Program-made: the position numbers and the translations under genes
Shown: piece after piece, positions 30,400-44,964 of the stretch
How the letters are laid out: each line of letters starts with the position of its first letter
Numbering within the stretch: the first letter of the stretch is position 1
NCBI RefSeq assembly: GCF_009914755.1
Contig: NC_060933.1
Length of the DNA: 64,000 nt
Direction: 5' to 3' (one strand)
Origin: the human T2T-CHM13v2.0 reference genome, Homo sapiens
The notes under the pieces: model-generated
Told to the model about the DNA's origin: nothing
Databases searched by the model: none
What the model saw: only the letters and a program-made list of their open reading frames with translations

Positions 30400-32450
30400 C
30401 AGTTTGGTTCAACTAACATAGTCAAATATCTTTTATGCATCAAACTTGATCTTAGTTCTGGCAAGAAAAAAAAAAAAAATCTCAGTCCTTATCCTAAAGG
30501 AGCCTATTTCCAAAGAGTAGAAAGGACAAATAGAAAATTTCAAAATAATATGGTGTTTACTGTGAAAGTAAAATGTCCAAAATATGGTTGTTATCAGAGA
30601 TCAAATGAAGGAGAGCTAAAGCAAGGCCTCATGGAAGAATGGATGGAGATCAATGAAAGATTTTCCAAATAAAATTGCATGTAAGGTGGACAAGAAAGAT
30701 TTAGCCATGTTAACGGTGTATGGAGTAAGATGGGGTGGTGAGTTGTTGAGAAAGAAGGTACTGCATAAGCAAATTCATAAATGTATTGGGGACATATATG
30801 TATGTGTTGGGGACAGAGATACTATACATGTTGTGGAATTGCTCAAGTTTAAGGCAAGGAGAATAATGGACATGAGGCTTGAAGAATTAGGTAGAGACTA
30901 GATCTTAAAAGTTTTTATATTAGGAAAGATACTTGAACTTAATTTTCTAGGTGATACGGAACCTATGTGTGGGTTGAGTAATACTGTCAGATTTCCTTTT
31001 TATAGATAGAGCAGTGTGGTGATGCTATGAAGGATAGATTAATGGGTGTAGTGTGGACTAGCTTAAAAATAAAAAATTAAAAAATCAGTAAAGAGGCTAC
31101 TGCACCAGGAAGGCAGTTACTCCAAATTGAACTAGTTTGTTCTAGCAATGATGTAGTCAAAGGGACAGATTCTAGAGACTGGCAGGATTTGTTAACTAAT
31201 TGGATAGTTTGATGAGTTTGTATGGTGTCAATTAGCTAAGCTGGAATTATGTTTTTCAGAATTCCCTTTACTTCCTTGTTCCAGGTTAACATGGGCATTG
31301 TAAAATATTTTGTGTGAGATTTGGAAGACAGGTGTGAAACAGTAGTTACACATTTAATGCAGGGAATGTCATTGAGGGCGCTGGGCACGGCTGTAGCGCA
31401 TACACACTGTTGTTGATATACTGGCTTACCTAATTGGCTTGGGCAACTGCTGGTGCCACAGCTTCTCTAGTTCCTGCTGGTTTTTCTTCAGCTTTTCCTG
31501 AGCCAGACCCAGCACCACATGAAGAAGGAAGAGTCATACACCAACTTTGTAACCATTCTCCACAATTCCTTGGAGTCCAATTCTAACATACATCTATATT
31601 TTCTGTCATTTCTTGTGGCTCTATTTTTCTGATTAAATCACGACTGATAATAGATATAGAGAATGATAAAGAGAAGAAGTGTACCAACCCACTAGATTTC
31701 TTTGTGGAGTCATTTGGTAGATAATGGCAGGATACATTGTAATAGAGGATACATGAGAGGAATAAATCTGGAGTATGTAAACTCTGGAGTTAGTATGTAA
31801 ACCCCCAAAATCAGCTTTGAAGTGTGGGATCTGATTTGCTTGAAACATCTATGTGGTGATGCCAGTTGGAATGGTAGATAGTTCTTTATCTTAATCCAAG
31901 AGGAGGGATCAAAGGTAGTGACACTGTATTGAAGCAATTATATAGGGGGTAGGTAAAACCATGATAATTGATGAGGTCACCCAGAGAAATCAAGGGGTAG
32001 AAAGTGAATTGGAGAGGGTACAGTACAGGAGGAACACGTCCTAATTTAAGATGTGTTCGGGGAGAAATTGACCAATAAGAAGACCAAGAAACAGTGGTTT
32101 TAAAAGGTGAGAAGAATAGGGGGTGGGGGTAAAAAGAGTATAATGAAAACAAATAATTTTAACATATTTAAGAATCAAGGTCTTCTATATCATTTGGGGC
32201 AGAGAGTTTTTTTGGATTTGTTAATATGAAAATTACAACTAGGTAACCTTTGGCTCAGCAGTTTCTGTGGGGTAGCAGGGGCATAAGCCAAATGTTCAAA
32301 TTCATTGAGCACTAGAGTGAGTATAAAAGTGTGATGATGGTTGAAAATGGGGCAGGAAAATGGGGAAAACTGCCTAGAATCTGGAGGTAGATATGGAGTC
32401 AAGGGAGGCCTTTTTCAGCAATGAGAGGTATATATATTCTAAGGGAAGTG
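30400..32450 (-). mobile_element. L2 LINE fragments, interrupted by an ERVL LTR
   Basis: Purine-rich L2 signatures (gaaacatctatgtggtgatgccagttgga, gatgaggtcacccagaga); approximate. Confidence 0.6.
31219..31650 (+). mobile_element. Ancient ERVL LTR (LTR50-like) containing an APOA4-like segment
   Basis: tgtcaattagctaagctggaattatgtttttcagaattcccttt...gtgagatttggaag start; ends tggctctatttttctgattaaatcacgactgata. Confidence 0.65.
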
Positions 32451-32912
32451 ATCTAGTGGAAGTATGACAATGAAGCTATAGGAAAGTGTTATAATTGGTA
32501 GAGCAAACAACTTGGGTAAACAGAAGAGAATGGAGTCAAGAGCCTAAGGAAAGAGTTATCCGTGAGGAGAAAGAAAGGCATTTCTAAGACTAGAGGGGAA
32601 AATGTGATGATATTTGCAACTACAGATGGCTTTGCAGGCAGGGAGGTGTGCTCTGTTTTGCTGATCAATACGAAGCTGTCTCCTGAAAGTGAATGAGAAA
32701 GGGGCATGCAGCATATGAGAAAAGTAATGTTTTGGAATAGTCACTAGAGGAAATGTGGAGATAAACCAAGTACAGTGAGAAATTTGGTTTTCGGTGGATC
32801 ATCTAAGGAAACTATGTTAGAAAAGAAAAGCTCTGTCCTAGGAGTGTCTTGCTTTGAAAAGGCATCATATCTGAAAAGCAAAGAAGGCTAGATGTCCTAT
32901 ATAATGCCCATC

Positions 32913-33298
32913 TGTATTAGCTGGTTCTCATGCTGCTATTAATAATAATAATAAGGACACACCTGAGACTGTTATTTATAAAGGAAAGAGGTTTAATTGA
33001 ATCACAGTTCAGCATGGCTGGAAAGGCCTCAGGAAACTTGCAATCATGGCAGAAGGGGAAGAAAACACGTTCTTCCTCACATTGCAGCAGCAAGGAGAAG
33101 TGCTGAGCAAAGGGGAAAAAGCCCCTTAGAAAACCATCAGATCTCATGAGAACTGACTCACTATTACAAAAGCAGCATGGGGGAAACCACCCCTATGATT
33201 CAATTACCTATCACCACATTCCTTCCATGACATGTGAGGATTATGGGATTACAATTCAAGATGAGATCTGGGTGGAGACACAAAGCCAAACCATATCA
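32913..33298 (-). mobile_element. THE1 (THE1D-like) MaLR solo LTR
   Basis: tgtattag ... ccatatca; TSD ccatc/ccacc. Confidence 0.9.
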
Positions 33299-34540
33299 CC
33301 ACCTCAACAGGAAGGGCAGGAAAGGAGGCAATGATGCAGCTGGCAGAAATTATTTTAAAAAGTGGCAATTGGGAAATGAACAAAGGAAAGGTTGTATGGC
33401 AGATGGCAGAGTAATAGATGTTTTTACAAAGCAGCCTTGTGAGAGGCAAAGTTGTGGTGTAATGTATTTCCTGCTTGGAATATTCTCCTATATGCTGCCA
33501 TGTGTTGCTATGCAGTTATGGAGAGTACAAAAACAGCCATTCTTTAGCTGATAGAAACATTCCTGAGGATCTATGATGTGCCAAGATTGGGTTAGTCACA
33601 GGGAATGTAGCAGTGACAGATATGGTCTCTCTTCCCTAGGAGGATGTAGTCCAGTGTGGAATACAAAAAGAAATAAGAATAAATATTGTGATAAGAAAAA
33701 TGAATGAACTAAATATAGGATGTTATATACAGAGTACAGAGAAGATAAAGTTTAAGGACATCTGGATGTTTGTCGGTGTCTCACTTGGCCATGTCAGAAT
33801 GAGTAGCTTAAAGTTTACACAAACCTTTATCAGTAACACGTCCTCAAATTAACCTGTATTTCTGGCATCACAGTAAAACCAAGGAGTAGGAGTCAAATCA
33901 GGACAGGAAAAATGGCAAAAACCTCACATTGTAATTCTCAGAAAAATTTGCACAAAGTGTGCATTCCAGAAGTGTACCTGTAACCTCAGACACACTCCTA
34001 TGATGTGTACTTCCTATGCCTGTATTGTTAACAGTGTACTAATGGGGCCAATGGCAGATAGATGTCAACAACAAAAATCAGCTTTTCTATATTGTGTCCA
34101 ACTTTACTTGACTACGATTTTTGTCCTGGAATTTAAAAATACTCAATTCTGATCTATTCAAAATTAACAATTATGTTTATCTGACAGAAACACTGGTCTG
34201 AATGCTGTCATGGCTGTGCTATATTCTACCTTCTTAAGAGGCAGTCAGTTAAATAGATTCTCGATTAGGATTCCCTCTGGAATTAACTACCACATTCTAG
34301 TTAATTGGTAAATAACTTAACATCCATCTTGCTCAGAACTCATATAGTAGATTTTCCAAGTTGCTACCAGTTGCCAAATGGTCTTTGGTAATTAGAAATC
34401 CTAGAAGAGACCAGCACTGTTTTATAAGCGCATGCCTTCATTCGTGGTGTGTTACTTAAACCTAGAATGTCTTTCTCCCTTTCTTTACCTGTCTATATTC
34501 TGCTGGTCCTTCAAGACTCTTCCCAGAGATCACATCCTCT

Positions 34541-36451
34541 TTTTTTTTTTTTTTTTTTTTTTAGTATTTATTGATCATTCTTGGGTGTTTCTCAGAGAGG
34601 GGGATGTGGCAGGGTCATAGGATAATAGTGGAGAGAAGGTCAGCAGATAAACACCTGAACAAACGTCTCTGGTTTTCCTAGGCAGAGGTCCCTGCGGCCT
34701 TCCACAGTGTTTGTGTCCCTGGGTACTTGAGATTAGGGAGTGGTGATGACTCTTAAAGAGCATGCTGCCTTCAAGCATCTGTTTAACAAAGCACATCTTG
34801 CACCGCCCTTAATCCATTCAACCCTGAGTTGACACAGCACATGTTTCAGAGAGCACGGGGTTGGGGGTAAGGTTATAGATTAACAGCATCCCAAGGCAGA
34901 AGAATTTTTCTTAGTACAGAACAAAATGGAGTCTCCTATGTCTACTTCTTTCTACACAGACACAGTAACAATCTGATCTCTCTTTCTTTTCCCCACATTT
35001 ACCCCTTTGCTTTTCGACAAAACTGCCATCGTCATCATGGCCCGTTCTCGATGGTCGCTGTCTCTTCGGAGCTGTTGGGTACACCTCCCAGGTGGGGCAG
35101 CCTGGCAGAGGCGCTCCTCACATCCCAGATGATGGGCGGCCGGGCAGAGGCGCTCCTCACCTCCCAGATGATGGGTGGGTGGGCAGAGACGCTCCTCACT
35201 TCCCAGACTATGGGCGGCTGGGCAGAGGTGCTCCTCACTTCCCAGACGATGGGCAGGTGGGCAGAGACGCTCCTCACTTCCCAGACGGGGCGGCTGGGCA
35301 GAGGCGCTCCTCACTTCCCAGACAATGGGCGGCCGGGCAGAGGCGCTCCCCACTTCTCAGACGATGGGCGGCCGGGCAGAGACGCTCCTCACCTCCCAGA
35401 CTATGGGCGGCCGGGCAGAGGTGCTCCTCACTTCCCAGACAATGGGCGGGTGGGCAGAGACGCTCCTTGCTTCCCAGACGGGGCAGCCGGGCAGAGGCGC
35501 TCCTCACCTCCCAGATGGGGCGGCCGGGCAGAGGCGCTCCTCACCTCCCAGACGGGGCGGCCGGGCAGAGGCGCTCCTCACCTCCCAGATGAAGAGCGGC
35601 CAGGCAGAGGCGCTCCTCACCTCCCAGACGGGGCGGCCGGGCAGAGGCGCTCCTCACCTCCCAGACGGGGCGGCCGGGCAGAGGCGCTCCTCACCTCCCA
35701 GACGGGGCGGCCGGGCAGAGGCGCTCCTCACCTCCCAGACGGGGCGGCCGGGCAGAGGCGCTCCTCACATCCCAGATGAGACAGCCGGGCAGAGGTGCTC
35801 CCCACTTCCCAGATGGGGTGGCGGCTGGGCAGAGGCGCTCCTCACATCCCTGACGGGGCGTCCGGGCAGAGGTGCTCCTCACTTCCCAGACAGGGTGGCC
35901 GGGCAGAGGGGCTCCTCACATCCCAGACGATGGGCGGCCAGGCAGAGACGCTGCTCACTTGCTAGATGGGGTGGCGGCCTGGTAGAGGCTGTAATCTTAG
36001 CACTTTGGGAGGCCAAGGCAGGCGGCTGGGAGGTGGAGGTTGTAGCGAGCCGAGATCACGCCACTGCACTCCAGCCTGGGCAACATTGAGCGTTGAGTGA
36101 GCGAGACTCCGTCTGCAATCCCAGCACCTCAGAAGGCTGAGGGGGGCAGATCACCCGAGGCCAGGAGCTGGAGACCAGCCCGGTCAACACGGCGAAACCC
36201 CATCTCCACCAAAAATACAAAAATCAGTCAGGAGCGGCAGCGCGTGCCTGGAATCCCAGGCACTCGGCAGGCCCAGGCAGGAGAATCACGGGAGCCCGAG
36301 GCAGTGAGGTGAGGTTGCAGCGAGCTGAGATCATGGCAGTACAGTCCAGGCTTGGCAAGAGAGGGAGACGGTAGAAAGAAAGGGAAGAGGGAGGGAGAGG
36401 GGGAGGGGGAGGGAGAGGGAGGGAGAGGGGGAGGGGGAGGGGGAGGGCAAA
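34541..36451 (-). mobile_element. SVA retrotransposon, SVA_A-like, full length
   Basis: poly-T, SINE-R (34563-35090), VNTR, Alu-like region, hexamer head; 12-bp TSD atcacatcctct (34529-34540 / 36452-36463); extra gtcgctgtctcttcgg at 35054-35069, recalled as typical of the oldest SVAs. Confidence 0.95.
35100..35980. repeat. SVA VNTR, about 23 units of 37-40 bp
   Basis: Units gggcagaggcgctcctcacytcccaga...ggcggcc. Confidence 0.95.
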
Positions 36452-37799
36452 ATCACATCCTCTAAAGCACGTTGCCAGAACCTCCTTCCAGGCTAGGTTA
36501 AGTGTTGTTTTTGTTACTTATTTCTACTCTACCATGTCACATAAAAATAATCTACAACATGTTTGTTCCACCCAGTTTTTCAGGGCTATGATTTTCTATC
36601 TCCAGGAAAAATCACAGTCCATTCCTAATAGGTTCAGCATGTATTTTTGTACTATTGTGTTCCATTTTGTTTAGATAATGCACAACAAACTGCAGTGGAA
36701 ACTTCCTTGTAACTAGATATCCTTATTCACAGAGGAGACGTTTTACCATTCATTCAACAAACATTTATTCATCACCTACTTTATGATAACCATTACAAAA
36801 TGTTTTGGGGACATCAACAATAAGTTAGCAGATCTGATCCCTGCTAACTCAGTGTTCACAGCATATAGAAGCTAGGGACTGGACTCCTGTGCATACTGTG
36901 GGTAGAATTCTTACCAGAAAGGCTAATACTAGCCCTGTTAGAGCTCTCCTTTAATCTCTATCTACCTGCATACGGCTTGAAGCCCACAGAACATTAAAGA
37001 TCATTTCAAGTGGGGTGTCAGCCAAAACTATGCTAGTTGTAGTGGTTAATACGTGTTATTTGCTTTGCATAGGATATATATGTGTAGAAGCTGAGCACAA
37101 ATTGGAAAATTCTAGAGATTACGAGTTTTCTTTTATACAATTTTGAACTGAGACCTGGGATGGTACATAAGTTGTCTGAGGTCACAAGACAGGTTAGTGT
37201 ACGAGCCAGAGGGTATCCCAGTTCTTTTTGGTGCTCATTGTTATTTTTGGAACATTGCTTATGAATCATATTTGCCAACTTACATTTTTGTAAGTATAGC
37301 TGGCTTTTGAAAAAAAATGTCTTTCTTCTAGTATGGAAACGTGAACATCTTAAAACTTTCTAAGACACTTGTTCAATAAACATGAGTATTAGCTATGAGT
37401 AAAACATAGATGACACTAAATGTTTTACTTCCTGTCCAGGTTGTAGCTTAGGGTTTCCCAATTTCATCTACAAATTCATTCACCAATTATCTTAATTAGT
37501 CAGATTTTAATTCTAAAGTGGTTACAAGGATAACTTTTACACCCAAAACTTAATAAACTGATGTTGCACCTCTCCATCTTAAGTCAGAATGAATTGCCTA
37601 AATAGAGAAAGCCCTAAAAAGTGGCTGTAATAGAAAGGTATACCATAAACAATATGTTTGGGGTCAAATGATGAACAAGAATAAAAATAGTTGATAAAAT
37701 GCAGAGATGAAACATTATGGGAAGCCAAGGTTATCTATTCTGAAACAAAAGCTTGTCACTTTAATGGTACATGAAATCTGAAACTTTAGTCTCTAAGAG

Positions 37800-38045
37800 A
37801 GTAACTTTTATTAAGAAGCTATTTTATGCCAGGCACTGCGTGAAACACTTTAATTACAGCGCCATGTTTAATCCTCATGACAGCACGACGGTGCTAACAT
37901 TTTTATTGTCATGCCTTGCCATGTAGTTTAGAGATCCAGAAATTGAAGGGCTCAAAGAAACTGCACAACTTGTTCAGCTTGTACAGCTAGCTGAAACCAG
38001 GCTTCAACCCAGGTTTGCTTGTCTCTAAAGCCTAGCCTCTCCAAT
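37800..38045 (-). mobile_element. MIR
   Basis: tatgccaggcactg, tttaatcctcatgacagc, gtacagctag...ccaggcttcaacccagg. Confidence 0.65.
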
Positions 38046-39756
38046 TTGAATCCTTGTATTTCTCATCAGAGAGATAGCCCTATTTCAGAAAAATATATAA
38101 GCCACTAAAAACAATGAAAACAAGCTTTTAACTTGGATACATACAAACACACACATATAGATGGACATGTATTATGAACACGTGTGCGTGCACACACACA
38201 CATACATACATAATCTATATGAAACCTTGAATCCTAATAACTAAAACAATTCCTACATAATTAATTATTTTCAACACTAACATTTATTAGGAGAAATAAT
38301 TCCTATGTAATTGTATCTTGGAAATTATGGAGAAGCATAGCTTTATGAAACATAGTGACTTAATGTTACCAAATTGTAACTCATTTTCTCATTTCATTTG
38401 AAAAATAAAAAACTATTTATATTCGGTTGAGGACTTAGAAATTCATTTGTTTAAAGTTTGGTAGAACTAAATTATTTTTCAGCAAGACAAATAACCTCTG
38501 TTAGAGAGTGCTATTTCTTGCTGTACCGTGTCCTTTTTAAAAATATATATAGATTTTGAGATTTGCCCCAAAAGTAGATATTGCCTTTAAGGAAAGGACG
38601 TTAAGACCCAGTGAAGAGGAAAGAATTGCACCAAAAGAAAAACTTAGCAACATGAGAAATTTATGGAGAAGGACGTCATTTTCCCCTAGAAGCTTTGATG
38701 ATGTGATGTGCAAATGACAGCCTTTGACCACCATTGGCAGGAGAAGTCTGTCCTTCCTGAAAACCATCTAAGAGTGCTGAGTGGATATTTGCCTGCACAA
38801 AGGAATGTGACCACGTAAAATTATTTCTTTTTCAATCTGTGTCACCTATGTGCTACCTGAGGCTTTCATAAAAATAGATGAGAGAAAGATATTAAGATAT
38901 AATGTACAAGAGTAGATATTTACTCATTTCAGCTCAGATGTGCTAAAGAATGTATTTTTAGTTGTTTTCCGTAACTTAACTAATCACTAACTGGAACTAT
39001 TGTTCAATCTGATGACTTCAGGACAGGAGCGTAGGACCAAATGAGAGGTAAGACTCTAAGAGAAGATCTCAGTGCCATTAGCACTCAAGCATTTTAGATT
39101 TAAACAGTCTATTTCATGGTGAAGAGAGTAAATAATCAGTCAGCTCAAAGTGCAAACTCCCTATTAGGGATACCCTCTTCTCCTATCTGAGCAAGAATGG
39201 ACTCTGACTCCTTCATGCAATGGAGGTGCGGATGTCTCTTCTGTGTGGGCTCCTAGTTGATTTAGTTCATCCTTTATATCTCTGGCACTGGCCTCTTTTC
39301 CTACAGCATTTGGTGATAGTAAAACTGGTAGTGCCTAGCATATGGGCATGTGCTAGCACCAGTGCATGGTGCTGCCATTGCCTTGGTTTGTAGGGTCTGT
39401 ATTGCTGCATCTGGTCATCTCAACCACAGGATTCCTCAGATTCACCTGCTGCTCAGCACTCTTGAACCTTCCTAGTGTCCCCTGGATATTCTGCATGCTT
39501 CACAGCCTACAAGCAACTGAAAATACTGCCTTTGCCATCAATCTAAATATGTCCCTCTGCACATGCCATCATTATTCCCCTACCACGTTGAATCAATTGC
39601 CACATGGGATGCATGGCTTTTCTGGAAGGCTGGCAGTTCCCTCCCCAAACTAGGTCCCAGAGAAGTCCAACAGTTTCTCTAATCACTCCACCATCATTAC
39701 TACCCTGTGCCACCACCTTGAGTAGTGAGGGATTGAGTTACCTAATGTTCTTTCTA

Positions 39757-39957
<201 letters not shown>

Positions 39958-42173
39958 TTATAACTGCTACAGATTTTATTGGCAATCATTTTTATACTTG
40001 TAATTTGCGTACCTTCCTTTTTGAATCTACATTTTATTTTAAATATAAGATATAACATAAACTACTTCATATCAGATAAATTATATTTCAAATAATATTC
40101 ATAGTTTATAAAGTACACAAGGATATCTGACCTCTATTTGTAAAAGGGACATTATAAGAAAAGGAAAATGGGGAGGAAAGATAAAAAAACTTCAGAGAGA
40201 GTGAATAGAATTATTTTCAGTATTCTAGAATAAGAAAATTGGATGGTATTTCACTCGTTCTAATAGTTTATATTGGTGGAATATCATCTATACTAACTTA
40301 TACTATCTTAGCATGAGTAAACATCCCACCCAACAATATGTTTTATTTTTTCTCTCTTGTACATATTGTAATTTTTATTAGGTTAAGTTTGTATGAGACC
40401 TTCAGGTTAAATCTGAGAATAAAAGAAAAATTAATTGAATGTGGCTATTTATGGAACATAATCAAGAGCTTGTTGAATCTGAAAAGATAAACAGTACACT
40501 CACAATTTCTAGAACAGCTACATCTTTCACATGGGAACAATTGTCTCTCATAAATTGGTTTAATTGTGAACGGTAGCTGGAAAGTTAAATTATAAAGCTA
40601 AATAGAATTCCAAGTGCTATTATTGATCACCAAATTAACACCAGATCCAATTTCTTCAAAAAGTTGTAATTAATCTTATTGCATTTAATTGCTGTCTTTT
40701 ATTCATTATTAATCACTTGTAGTAAACCTACCTTCACAAATGGGGAAGGCTGCACCTTAATTCTACTAAGCAGCAGCAGAAAGGCATACTCATTATCTGG
40801 GTCTCCAAACTAAAGCAAATAATTTTATCACATGACTCAGGATCCAGATACACTATAAACAGGGCAAACTAGGGTTCCTTTACTGCTAATTACATACAGC
40901 TCTTTAATTCTTGTAAATACCTTGGATAATACATGCAAAGTGCAAACATATTTTGGACAGGGGCACAATATCATCTGTGGTTTGAGGCAGAAAGAGAGGT
41001 GATGTTAAGAGGCACTGGAATTGACATATCACCGGAGTTAGCTTTTGGATGCAACCTAGGTGCACGTTGTTTTAATAAATGACATGTTAAGAAGTGAATA
41101 AAGTATGATTATGAACACTTGTTTCTTTCAGGTAGTCTAATGCCACCTTTGAGAAATAAGTGTTTTGTTGCTGTGGTTGAAAAGCAGATACTTAATAACA
41201 AAGAGTTATACATTGAGCAAATGTAGCAGCTCTGGCAAGATGGCAGACTCAGATAATATGAAAAAAACTTGCTAGTAACATCTAAAAATGCTGTATAAAA
41301 CATAACTTTAAAAGAGATGAATTGCTGAGCTCAAAACAAAAAGAAAGAAGGGGTTGCTAGTTGACAGAAAAGAAGAGGAACTGAAAATCAGAATGTTAAG
41401 TGCATAGGCTGAACCACTGCATGGGGGCATGGGTATTAACGGCTAAATGGAATCAGGAGAGCCTCTGGGGCCAGCCAGGTAAAGAGTTAAAATTTCATCC
41501 TAATAGAATTGGTAAGCAAGGTAATATGGGATTTTAAACAACAGTCTATTAATTCTGAGGGATACCACGTACATTTAGTGGCTCTTGTGTTAAAAGAAGA
41601 ATTTAGAGAGGTGTTGACATGAAGCTGATCCTTGAAAGATTAAACAGGACTTCTATAAGAAAATAAAGGAAAAAAGACAACCTGAGGCAAAAAAATTCTA
41701 CCCATAAGCAAAGAGACATCAATCAATTGCCAAAAAGAAAACTCTTAGAGATGAAAGATTTCTAAGATGCTAATGGTTCTGACATTCTGGGGCACTATAA
41801 TTTAATGCTGAAATTATGAGTTTCTAATGGTGTATGAGAACTATGAGGCTTCCGCTATTTTTCCACGCTGTCATCGTGAATACTTGAATACCTCCTTATC
41901 ATTTCAAACAAATAGAACAATTTCCATTCAGGGAGTACGTTTTGTTTTTATTCCCTCAATTTCCTTTTGCTTGTGTTTACTATGTACCATTTCAGAGGTA
42001 TTAAAACATTTAATGTTTGTATGAGTCTTCATGTGTATGCGCATGTTTTCATCCTGTTTTAGAGATGAGTAAACTGTAGCCCAACTAGAAACTGGTTTGT
42101 TGTCATTTTCAGCTCTGCTGGCAGCTGATGGATCTTGCAATTCTAAAAAATAATTATTCCTTCCTGATATATT

Positions 42174-42820
<647 letters not shown>

Positions 42821-44071
42821 GATATTTTATCAATGTCTTATTGAGAATGAAATGGATTCTTATCTTTGTAAGTTGAGACAAAGCTCCTATGAATACTTCG
42901 ACCTTACAAGCCTGCACAATAACTACTGAAAGCTTTTCTAGAGCCATATGCTGCCATCACCAACCCTATCTATGGAGGGAATGTGTGTGGAGAAGAAACA
43001 GCATTAATTACCATTTTTGCCAAGTGCAAGCAATAATTGCTAGTATGCAGAGATAGTCATACAAAATAATAATTCAGAATTACTGTCCTGATCCCAGCCT
43101 GCATATTCAGAACCTCCTTGCTCAACTCCTGCAATCCTGTTTCCACAAATATTTCCAGAAGAAATATTTGCCCATCAACATTCTATTCGTTGTAGTTACA
43201 GGCTGATATACACCATGCTATTCTCTTGCTGTAGTTCCAGTTACTTTTTCTACTTCATTGATTATATTTCTTTCTAACAGGAATAATAACTAACATGTTT
43301 AGCACTGTGAAGTAAATACTCCTATTTCTATTTTCAGATGAGCGTACTAAGGCACAAAATGCTTAAGTTTAATGGCCAAAGTCACTGATTTATTAAGAAA
43401 AATACTAAATTTTGAAATTAGGTTTTCTCACTCCAAATTGCACTACAAAAAACAACTTTTGTGGAAGTAACAATGTAAACATTTACTTCTGGCTTAGCAT
43501 TGCCTTATGCAGAAAAAGAAAAGAAAGTATCTAGCCCTGTTTCTGTTAATTGTCTTGTTCTTTCACTCGTGTTTTTCTCCTTCTCCTACACAGTAAGAAT
43601 CTAGTAATTTAATTTCACAAGAGAATACAGCTGATGGATTTTTTGGGGTCATTTTCACCTGTAAATAATATATACAAAATCACACAATTTTGTTCATGAA
43701 GTTTGTCATCCAACAACAGACTATATTTACTCATGAGGCAAGTATATAAAACAAGTTCATATATTTCTTTTCTGTGAATGCCATTGATTGTAATAACAGA
43801 CACAACCTGATCTCTATAGAAGAGTGTACTAAAGGTTTGTTGGCTCATTCCTTCCTATTAAACCTCCCTTTTTCTGCTCTTACTAAATGGCTATTGTAGG
43901 AGTAGAAAGATCTTTGAGGTCTTTTCCTTACAGGTACTACATTTAGTTTTCTGTAGTGGACCCCAGCTGATCTGATATGTGCTAGCCCAAGTATACTTTA
44001 TGAATTAACTCAGAATAATCTTGGGAGAGAACAGCACACAAAAAAAGAATGGGCTCCATTCTATAGGGGAA

Positions 44072-44503
44072 TGGTACAGGTTTAAGTGTGTCTTCCCAAA
44101 ATTCATGTTAAAGCCCTAAGACCCAGTACCCAAGAATGTGACCTTATTTGGAAATTGGGTTGATGCAGATTAGTTAGGATGAGATCATACTGAAATAGAA
44201 GGAACCTCTAATCCATTATGATTGTGTTCTTATAAAAAGGGTACATTTGAACATTAGAGACAAATGCTCAGGGAGAATATCATATGAAGACTGGAGTTTT
44301 GCTGCTGCAACCCAAGAAACTTCTAGAAACTAGCAGAGAGACTTAGAACAGATTCTCCTCTAATGCTTTCAAAGGGATCATAGCCCAATCAACATCTTGA
44401 TTTCAAACTTCTGGCCACCAGAAATGTGAGACAATACATTTCTGTTGTTCTAAGCCACCCAGTTTGTGGTACTTTGTCATAGAATCCACAGAAAACAAAT
44501 ATA
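44072..44503 (+). mobile_element. MLT1B/C MaLR solo LTR
   Basis: agaatgtgaccttatttggaaat, catttctgttgttctaagccacccagtttgtggtactttgt. Confidence 0.8.
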
Positions 44504-44592
44504 GGATGTATAAGGGAGTTGATTACTAGAGTTTCTTTCTGGGCATATAGATGTTGCCTGGAAATGTCTCAATTATTCTAATTTGTTTGTAA

Positions 44593-44964
<372 letters not shown>

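Noticed and set aside
34952-36312. Long repetitive ORFs (242, 304 aa) and a CRISPR-like repeat appearance
   Set aside because: Translations of the SVA VNTR; units are contiguous with no unique spacers and no cas genes
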